Part shown: piece by piece, positions 32,692-39,867 of the stretch | How positions within the stretch are numbered: position 1 is the stretch's first letter | Layout of the letters: every line of letters starts with the position of its first letter | The notes under the pieces: model-generated | What the model saw: only the letters and a program-made list of their open reading frames with translations | The model's database searches: none | Told to the model about the DNA's origin: nothing | Made by a program: the position numbers and the translations under genes | Assembly: GCA_965226495.1 (NCBI GenBank) | Contig: OZ245365.1 | Coordinates: 4,280,563-4,344,562, forward strand | DNA: 64,000 bases | Source of the DNA: Candidatus Marinacidobacterales bacterium | GTDB taxonomy: Bacteria; Acidobacteriota; Vicinamibacteria; Marinacidobacterales; DATDRI01 | Direction: 5' to 3'

Positions 32692-34129
32692 CTACACGCC
32701 GTAATACAAAGAGAACTCGCTCGGGTGCGGGCGCAAACGAATAAAGTCGATCTCTTGTTTGCGCTTCAGCTCGATCCAGGTCTCGATGAGATCGGGCGGG
32801 AACACGTTGTCCTTGAGGAGGAACTCGTGGTCCCGTTCTAAAGCTTCGATCGCCTCGTCCAGTGAACCGGGTGTTCTCGCGATCGCATCACCTCGTTCCG
32901 TGCCGGCGAGCTCGTAGATGTCTTCGTCGATGGGCTCGGGCGGTTCGAGCTTCTTCTGGATACCATCGAGACCGGCCATGAGGATCGCAGCAAAAGCGAG
33001 GTACGGATTGCAAGACGGATCCGGCGTGCGAAACTCGATACGCTTGGCGGCGGGGCTCGTCGCGAACATGGGTATCCGGATGCAGGCACTTCGGTTTCGC
33101 TGCGAGTAGACGAGGTTCATCGGTGCCTCGTAGCCCGGCACGAGTCGACGGTAGGAGTTCGTGGTCGGGGCGACGAACGCGCAAAGCGCTGACGCATGCC
33201 TTATCAGCCCACCGATGAAGTGGCCCGCCATCTCGCTGAGATCGGCATAACGGTCCGTCTCATAAAAGAGGTTGCGGCCGTCCTTCCAGAGGCTCACGTG
33301 AACGTGCATGCCGGAGCCGTTCTCCTCGAAGAGCGGCTTGGGCATAAAAGTCGCAGTCTTGCCATAGCGGTGAGCGACGGTTTTGATCACGTGCTTGAAC
33401 TTGATCGCGTTGTCGGCCGCGCGCAAGAGGGTGCCGAAACGGAAACCGATCTCGTTTTGTCCAGCGGCGGCGACTTCGTGATGATGGAGCTCGACGTCGA
33501 TGCCGACTTCCCTCAAGATCGTGGACATCTTCGAGCGCAGGTTCTGGTAGGCATCGACCGGCGAGGCCGCGAAGTAAGCCAGCTTGCGCCCTGCCCGGTG
33601 GGCGAGATTAGGCTCGCCTCCCTTACCCGTATTCCAAAAAGCGCCTTCGCTATTGACGAAATAGTAGCCGTGCTGCGTCGCCTGGTCGTAGCGCACATCG
33701 TCGAAGACGAAGAACTCGAGCTCGGGACCGAAAAAGGCATCGTCGGCGATCCCCATTGACCGCACCAGGCGCTCGGCCTTGCGGGCCACACCACGGGGAT
33801 CGCGGCTGTACGGCTTGAATCCGGCCGGATCGATGACGTCGCAAAAGACCGAGATCGTGGGATCGTCGAAAAACGGATCCAGAAACATCGAGCCCGGATC
33901 CGGTAAGAGCTTCGATATCGCTCTCGTTGATCTTCTGGAAACCGCGCACCGATGAGCCATCGAACCCGACTCCTTCTCGGAAGGAGCCTTCGTCCACGCC
34001 CTCCACCGGAAAGGTCAGGTGTTGCTGCATGCCGAATAGGTCGACGAACTTGAAATCGACGAACTGAATGCCCTTGTCGCTAATGGTTCGAAAGACGTCG
34101 CGGGCAGTAGTGACGCGCGTTTTGCTCAT
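32692..34129 (-). pseudogene. glnA: Glutamine synthetase type I, with a +1 frameshift (about 33915) splitting the N- and C-terminal parts. It may be a sequencing error.
   Basis: ORF 33650..34129 begins MSKTRVTTARDVFRTISDKGIQFVDFKFVDLFGMQQHLTFP...GFDGSSVRGFQKINESD, the GS N-domain, then degenerates. ORF 32692..33960 carries LLPDPGSMFLDPFF through the catalytic domain (NGSGMHVHVSLW...). One extra base in GATATCG would restore ESDMKLLPDP. Confidence 0.85.
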
Positions 34130-34149
34130 CTTAATCTATCGAGTTCCTG

Positions 34150-34488
34150 CTACTGTACGGTCCGCTCTCCCCGTTCACCGGTGCGAATGTTGATTACGTC
34201 GTAGAGCTCGGTGACGAAGATGATCCCGAAGCCGCCGCTTTCTTGTCCACCCCGTACGATCGCGTCGATGGCTCTCTCCACCATTTCTTCTTTGAGCGGG
34301 AGCTCGATGCGGATCTTTTGGAAGAGAGACACCTCGTGAGGAACGCCGCGAAAAATACGCACCTCGGCGCCCTCGGGGGCGGTGCCGAGGATGTTGGTGC
34401 AGGTCAAGTGCTTGATCTGCGCCTCGAACAAGGCGCTTTTCACCGCCGGAAACTGTTGCGGCTGGATGACGGCAACGACCATCTTCAT
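34150..34488 (-). CDS. glnK: Nitrogen regulatory protein P-II (GlnB/GlnK), 112 aa
   Basis: MKMVVAVIQPQQFPAVKSAL...RIFRG...GKIFV-like body. An ATG at 34488 was verified. It lies between amtB and glnA. Confidence 0.9.
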   Translation of the reverse strand: MKMVVAVIQPQQFPAVKSALFEAQIKHLTCTNILGTAPEGAEVRIFRGVPHEVSLFQKIRIELPLKEEMVERAIDAIVRGGQESGGFGIIFVTELYDVINIRTGERGERTVQ

Positions 34489-34507
34489 GACATTCCTACT
34501 CTTCGGG

Positions 34508-35848
34508 TCACTCGGTCGTGAAAATCTGGAAGCCGCTGTACGACTCCATACCGTGCTCTGCGATGTCCAGACCCCGCAGCTCATCTTCTCGCGAGACGCG
34601 GAGGCCAATGACCGCATCGATGGCACGGAAGACGACCCACATGGCGATAGCGGTGAAACCGAGACAGGCCATGATGCCCAGCGACTGGATGCCCAACTGC
34701 CCGAAGCCGCCACCATAAAAGAGTCCGTTGCTCGGCGCCCCGAGCGCCTGTTGGCCAAACAAACCCACCGCCAGCGTGCCCCAAATCCCGCAGAGACCGT
34801 GCACCGGGAAGGCGCCGACTACATCGTCGATCCGGAGCCGGTTGAGCCAGTCGATGCCGTAGACGACCAGGATACCGGCGGCGATGCCGATGTAGATCGC
34901 GGCGCCGTCGCTGACCACAGCGCAGGGAGCCGTGATGCCCACCAGGCCGGCCAAGGTGCCGTTGAGCGCGAGGGCAAGATCGGGTTTGCCGAACTTGAGC
35001 CATGCCGTAAACATCGCCGCCGCGGAGCCCGCCGCCCCAGCCAACGTCGTGTTCATCGCGATACGCCCGACCGCCAACGGATCCTCCATGCCGAGTGTGG
35101 AGCCGGCGTTGAAGCCGAACCAGCCAAAGAAAAGAATGAACACACCGAGGGTCACCAACGGCATGCTGTGGCCGCCGATGAAGCGGGCCGAGCCGTCGGG
35201 GTTAAACCGCCCGATGCGCGGCCCCAGCATCCACGCGCCGACCAGAGCGGTCACGCCGCCCACCCCGTGCACCACCGTGGACCCGGCGAAGTCATGGAAA
35301 TTCAATCCTGCGAGCCAGCCACCTCCCCATACCCAATGACCGACGACCGGATAGACGAACGCCGTGATGAGGAACGAGTACACCAGGTACGACACGAACC
35401 GCATGCGCTCGGCCACCGCGCCAGAGACGATCGTGGCGGCCGTTCCGGCGAAAACAGCCTGGAATAACCAGAAGACGGGCAGCGGGAGGGTCTCCAACGG
35501 GGACGCGTCCATGCCCATGAGGAACCAGCCGGAGGTGCCCACGATGAGCCCCCCGGTGCCGTACATGATGGCGTAGCCGAACGCGTAGAAACCCAGGATC
35601 GCGAAGCAGAAGTCCAGCAGGTTCTTCATCAGGACATTGGCCGCGTTCTTCGCTCGGATCAATCCGGCCTCGACCATCCCGAAACCCGCCTGCATGAAGA
35701 ACACCAGGATAGCGGCGAGAAGCACCCAGAGTGTGCTCAAGCCATCGTAGCTGGGCTCCGCCGCGGGGGCAGCTTGGGAGGCAAAAGCGCCAGAAGAGGC
35801 CAGCGCCCCCAGAAGGACCGCTAGCCCGACAAAACTCTTGCTTTTCAT
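34508..35848 (-). CDS. amtB: Ammonium transporter Amt
   Basis: Signal peptide plus 11 TM helices with Amt signatures (DFAGSTVVH, GAWMLGPRIGRF). Confidence 0.9.
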   Translation of the reverse strand: MKSKSFVGLAVLLGALASSGAFASQAAPAAEPSYDGLSTLWVLLAAILVFFMQAGFGMVEAGLIRAKNAANVLMKNLLDFCFAILGFYAFGYAIMYGTGGLIVGTSGWFLMGMDASPLETLPLPVFWLFQAVFAGTAATIVSGAVAERMRFVSYLVYSFLITAFVYPVVGHWVWGGGWLAGLNFHDFAGSTVVHGVGGVTALVGAWMLGPRIGRFNPDGSARFIGGHSMPLVTLGVFILFFGWFGFNAGSTLGMEDPLAVGRIAMNTTLAGAAGSAAAMFTAWLKFGKPDLALALNGTLAGLVGITAPCAVVSDGAAIYIGIAAGILVVYGIDWLNRLRIDDVVGAFPVHGLCGIWGTLAVGLFGQQALGAPSNGLFYGGGFGQLGIQSLGIMACLGFTAIAMWVVFRAIDAVIGLRVSREDELRGLDIAEHGMESYSGFQIFTTE

Positions 35849-36142
35849 CGACGTCCCTCGTGTGTCAAGAGAGATGCGAACCGACCATCAACGTCCGCTA
35901 TGCAAACTGCGGAATCTTATACCCATCTCGCTTGACGATGTCTAGTATCTGCGATGCGAAAGACTGGCAGGGCATGCGTAGAGCCGAATTTGTTCGGATG
36001 GGTCCGATCTGCTAGCCTCGTTCAACTTCCCACCTGCCGCCTCGGACGAGAAGACCAACTTGGTGTGGACGTCGGCGAGCAAAAAACGGGCAGAGCAGGA
36101 GCGAAGAGTCTGAGTCTGAGTCCGAGCCCAGCCGCAATTCTA

Positions 36143-37045
36143 ATGAGTAGTCCACGAGTCGAGTTTGATGTGTGGGGTGCCCGGGGTTCCCGTAGCCTCG
36201 TTCCGCCCGCCTCGACCATTGGCAACAACACGTCGTGCTACTCCGTCCGTCGGGGCGAAGACCTGTTCGTGCTCGACGGTGGACGCGGTCTGGGTGCCCT
36301 GGCCTCAGCGATGGCCGCGAAAGAGCGCTTCGAATCCGTCAAACGAGTGCATCTCTTCGTCAGCCACGCTCACATGGACCACTGGGAAGGACTCAAGGAT
36401 ACGGACTGGTTTTGGCAACCACAAAATGGCTTGGAGCTGAGCGTCTTTGGAAGACCGGAGGCTCTCCGCACGATCCGGAAAGCCTACGGTCATCCCTCCT
36501 ATGTTCCCATGGAGGTGTTAGCCGAACGGACTCTGGGTCAACTTCGCTTCGTTCCGCTTCCGGTACGATCTCGTCGTACGCTTCGAGGTTGGACGTTGCA
36601 ATCCTATCCATTGAATCACTACAGCGGAGGAGGAAAGAAGAAACACAAGCTGGACACGATCGGATTGCGACTTTCAATGAAAAACGGGCCGACCATCTGC
36701 TATCTGTGTGACCACGAGCCTACCGAAGGAACGCGACCGTTAGAGCTCCGGATGCTGGCCACTGCCCACCTAGCCGTCATTGATGCCCACTTCCCCGACA
36801 TCGACGACCACGCGTTCGGGCACGGCTCGATCGAGCATGCCGCCGAAACGGCCAGACAGTTCCCCCGACTTCTGGTGCTTGCCGGCCACTACGCGCCGAT
36901 GCTGTCGGATCGCCAGATCCGAGACGCCAGCCAACGACACGGCGAGGGACTTCCCAACTTTCGCCTTGCCGTGGAAGGGACGAGCTTCTGGTGGGATGCA
37001 AAGAAAATGGTGTTTCGAGAGCGGCGACCGAAGAGGCAACAGTAA
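36143..37045 (+). CDS. MBL-fold metallo-hydrolase. The start is taken at MSSPRVEF.
   Basis: HLFVSHAHMDHWEG is an HxHxDH motif. The ORF-track N-terminal 63 aa are not protein-like. Confidence 0.7.
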   Translation: MSSPRVEFDVWGARGSRSLVPPASTIGNNTSCYSVRRGEDLFVLDGGRGLGALASAMAAKERFESVKRVHLFVSHAHMDHWEGLKDTDWFWQPQNGLELSVFGRPEALRTIRKAYGHPSYVPMEVLAERTLGQLRFVPLPVRSRRTLRGWTLQSYPLNHYSGGGKKKHKLDTIGLRLSMKNGPTICYLCDHEPTEGTRPLELRMLATAHLAVIDAHFPDIDDHAFGHGSIEHAAETARQFPRLLVLAGHYAPMLSDRQIRDASQRHGEGLPNFRLAVEGTSFWWDAKKMVFRERRPKRQQ

Positions 37046-37106
37046 CTACTGGCCTTGTTTGACTGTTCAGTCTGTGCAGGGGTATTTTCACCCTTAACGA
37101 TAATGG

Positions 37107-37228
37107 CTTCCTTCCTTTTTTCCCTCTCCCCTTGTGGGATAGGAGGGCGTCAAGGAATGCCGTGCTGCTATCAACGACGTCAGACCTTTATACCCTCTCC
37201 CCATTTGGGGAGAGGGTAGGGTGAGGGG
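37107..37228. repeat. REP/MITE-like element cluster: GGCTTCCTTCC-T-rich leader, an imperfect hairpin, then the perfect hairpin CCCTCTCCCC-attt-GGGGAGAGGG followed by a G-quadruplex-type motif (TAGGGTGAGGGG)
   Basis: 37193-37228 reads ccctctccccatttggggagagggtagggtgagggg. Related copies are at 37306-37352 and 57225-57340. Confidence 0.7.
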
Positions 37229-37233
37229 CTCTG

Positions 37234-37265
37234 ATGTCTCTCGACCCCGGCACCAAGCTGGGTCC
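37234..37265 (+). other. Orphan 32-nt copy of a kinase 5' end (ATGTCTCTCGACCCCGGCACCAAGCTGGGTCC; MSLDPGTKLGP), 30/32 identical to the start of STK2 at 39868
   Basis: Direct comparison with 39868-39899. It is flanked on both sides by repeat elements, and the reading frame terminates after about 50 codons. Confidence 0.7.
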
Positions 37266-37305
37266 AACAATTCTTAGTTTGACGAGGCCCGTGTGTGAAC
37301 TTGCC

Positions 37306-37352
37306 TCGTCGCTCGATCTCCCCCGCTCCCCGTTTACGGGGAGAGGGATGGG
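37306..37352. repeat. REP-like element copy: hairpin CTCCCCG-ttta-CGGGGAG plus G4 motif GGGGAGAGGGATGGGGTGAGGGG
   Basis: Read directly from the sequence. It is the same family as 37193-37228 and 57241-57336. Confidence 0.7.
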
Positions 37353-37384
37353 GTGAGGGGCCACTCCTCGGCCATGGAAAGCAA

Positions 37385-39805
37385 ATGTTAGAAGCAGGAG
37401 CACGACTCGGCTCTTACGAAATTGTGGCGAGCATTGGTGCCGGCGGAATGGGAGAGGTCTATCGAGCTAAGGACCTCAAGCTCGGCCGGGATGTGGCCAT
37501 CAAAATCCTGCGAGAGGATCTTGCCTTGGATCCGGAACGCTTGAGGCGTTTCGAGCAAGAAGCCCACGCAGCTTCCTCTCTCAACCACCCGAACATCGTC
37601 ACTATTCACAACATCGGCGAACATGAAGGTACTCGCTACATCGCCATGGAGTACGTAGAGGGAAAGACGCTCCGAGAGATGCTTGGCGGAGAGCCGTTGC
37701 CGAACAAGAAGCTTCTCCAACTCTCCACGCAGATTGCGGATGGACTTGCCAAAGCGCACTCCGCGGGAATCGTTCACCGGGACCTGAAGCCAGAGAACCT
37801 GATGGTTACCAACGACGGGTTCGTCAAGATTCTAGACTTTGGAATCGCCAAGCTAACGCCTCAGCTCTACGAAGCCAGCTCTGAGGAGAGTTCTTCGTCA
37901 AGGGTTGGGGGCACACTGGCGAAGGAGGGTACGACTCCGGGTGTGGTGATGGGAACGGTTGGTTACATGTCTCCAGAACAGGCGAAGGGGCTGCCATCGG
38001 ACTATCGCTCCGACCAGTTCGCTCTAGGTACCGTCCTCTACGAGATGGCGGCAGGAAAGCGGGCCTTTCGCCACGACACACAGGGAGAGACGCAGGTCGC
38101 GATCATCCGGGACGAGCCAGAAGCCCTCACCCAACTCAACCCCAACCTTCCTGCGCCATTTCGCTGGATTGTCGAGCGGTGCCTAGCAAAGGCTCCAGAA
38201 GAGCGGTACACGTCGACCCAAGACCTTGCCCGCGAATTACAGAACGTACGAGACCATCTCGACGAAGTTTCCTCGTCGACAGTCGTCGCTAAACCTCAAC
38301 TTGGCCACCGACGGGCGGGCATACTTTCCTTAGCCGCGTTGCCCATCATTGTGCTCGCCCTGGTTGTCGGATTGAACGTCGGCGACTTACGGGAGCGGCT
38401 GTTCGGTGGAGCAACTCCAGGACGCATTGAATCCATCGCTGTTCTGCCACTGGAGAATCTCTCAGGCGACCCCGAGCAGGAGTACTTTGCCGATGGGATG
38501 ACCGAAGCGCTAATTGCGGACTTGGCCAAGGTGGGCTCCATCAAGGTGATCTCACGGACCTCGGTGATGCAGTACAAAGGAGTCAAGAAGCCGCTCCCAG
38601 AAATCGCTCGAGAGTTGGGTGTGGATGCGGTTGTCGAAGGGTCGGTTATGCGTTCCGGGGATCGCGTACGGATCACCGCCCAGCTCGTCGATGCGGCGAC
38701 CGACCAACATCTCTGGACCGAGAGCTACGAACGGGACCTGCGCGACGTCCTCGCCTTGCAAAGTGAGGTGGCACGGGCCATCGCGAAAGAGATCAACATC
38801 AAGCTAACCCCTCAGGAGGAGTCACTCCTGACCAGCGCTCGTCCCGTCGACCCCGAGGCCCATGAGGCCTATCTCAGGGGACGGTATTCCTGGAACAAGC
38901 ACGGTGAAGAAGACCAGAAGAAAGCCGTCGACTATTTCGAGCGGGCGATCGACCAAGACCCCGACTACGCTATTGCCTACGCGGGACTGGCCGACGCCTA
39001 TGCCATGCTTGGATTTTGGGGAATTACTCCTCCTGCGGAGGCGATACCGAAAGCGCGCGCCGCGGCGCAGAAAGCGCTCGAGCTGGACGAGACGCTTGCC
39101 GAAGCGCACACCCCGTTGGGACTCATCAAATTCTATTTCGACTGGGAATGGTCGGCTGCCCAGGCAGAGTTTCGGCGTGCCCTCGAGCTCAACCCGAGCT
39201 ATGCGCTCGCTCATGACTGGTACGCCGTGTATCTGGCCGCGGTGGGGCGACTCGATGAAGCCCTGGCCGAAATAAAGCGCGCCAAGGAGCTCGACCCGCT
39301 GTCCCTCAGGATCAACGCAGCTCTGGCGTTTCAATTCCGGCTCTCACGCCAGTACGACCGATCCATCGAACAAGCGCAGAAGGTGCTCGAGATGGATCCA
39401 AGCTATTGGCTGGCGCAATTGACCCTCGCGACCGCTTACCGCGCGAAGGGGCTAGATGAGGAAGTAGTTCATGAAGCGTATAGAAAACAGTACGTCCTAG
39501 CCGGAGATAGTGAGCGCGTGGAGGCCATGGATCGCGGCTACGCCGAGTCGGGCCCTCGAGGCGCCGTGTGCGAAGCAGCCGAAGTGTTGGCAGCACGATC
39601 CAAACTCAGGTACGTTTCCTCTACCGACATCGCCTTGAGCTATGTTCACTGCGAGAGGAGCGACGAAGCCTTTTATTGGCTTGAAAAAGCATACGCGGAG
39701 CGTGATCCCTTCTTAACCCTTCTTGCCGTTGACCCCGATTGGGATCCCATTCGCTCCGATCCCCGTTTCCAAAAGTTGGTGCGGTTGATGAACTTCCCCG
39801 AGTAA
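37385..39805 (+). CDS. Ser/Thr protein kinase fused to a TM helix, a TolB-like periplasmic domain and TPR repeats (paralog 1). The start is placed at MLEAGARLGSYEI.
   Basis: GAGGMGEVYRAKD, VAIK, HRDLKPEN, DFGIAK, SPEQ kinase motifs; a Ser-rich activation-loop insert; one TM helix; LPLENLSGDPEQEYFADGMTEALIADLAKV...RVRITAQLVDA; and a C-terminal TPR region. The ORF-track start at 37295 lies inside the repeat element. Confidence 0.85.
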   Translation: MLEAGARLGSYEIVASIGAGGMGEVYRAKDLKLGRDVAIKILREDLALDPERLRRFEQEAHAASSLNHPNIVTIHNIGEHEGTRYIAMEYVEGKTLREMLGGEPLPNKKLLQLSTQIADGLAKAHSAGIVHRDLKPENLMVTNDGFVKILDFGIAKLTPQLYEASSEESSSSRVGGTLAKEGTTPGVVMGTVGYMSPEQAKGLPSDYRSDQFALGTVLYEMAAGKRAFRHDTQGETQVAIIRDEPEALTQLNPNLPAPFRWIVERCLAKAPEERYTSTQDLARELQNVRDHLDEVSSSTVVAKPQLGHRRAGILSLAALPIIVLALVVGLNVGDLRERLFGGATPGRIESIAVLPLENLSGDPEQEYFADGMTEALIADLAKVGSIKVISRTSVMQYKGVKKPLPEIARELGVDAVVEGSVMRSGDRVRITAQLVDAATDQHLWTESYERDLRDVLALQSEVARAIAKEINIKLTPQEESLLTSARPVDPEAHEAYLRGRYSWNKHGEEDQKKAVDYFERAIDQDPDYAIAYAGLADAYAMLGFWGITPPAEAIPKARAAAQKALELDETLAEAHTPLGLIKFYFDWEWSAAQAEFRRALELNPSYALAHDWYAVYLAAVGRLDEALAEIKRAKELDPLSLRINAALAFQFRLSRQYDRSIEQAQKVLEMDPSYWLAQLTLATAYRAKGLDEEVVHEAYRKQYVLAGDSERVEAMDRGYAESGPRGAVCEAAEVLAARSKLRYVSSTDIALSYVHCERSDEAFYWLEKAYAERDPFLTLLAVDPDWDPIRSDPRFQKLVRLMNFPE

Positions 39806-39807
39806 AC

Positions 39808-39850
39808 CACTGGCCCTTTTGACTTTTCAGTCTGTGCAGAGGTAATTTAA
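39808..39850 (+). promoter_or_regulatory. Candidate sigma-70-type promoter of STK2: TTGACT, a 17-nt spacer, then TAATTT. A homologous leader survives at 37046-37100 upstream of the STK1 repeats.
   Basis: 39806-39867 reads accactggcccttttgacttttcagtctgtgcagaggtaatttaacg. 37046-37100 reads actggccttgtttgactgttcagtctgtgcaggggtatttt. Confidence 0.35.
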
Positions 39851-39867
39851 CGTTCTAAGGGCTAGCT

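Noticed and set aside
35849-36142. Sigma-54 / NtrC-type promoter upstream of amtB-glnK-glnA
   Set aside because: A TGGCAG...TGC element at ~35930 is on the wrong strand for amtB and has GG-to-GC spacing 2 nt too short. No confident -24/-12 element was found on the minus strand, so this is left unannotated.
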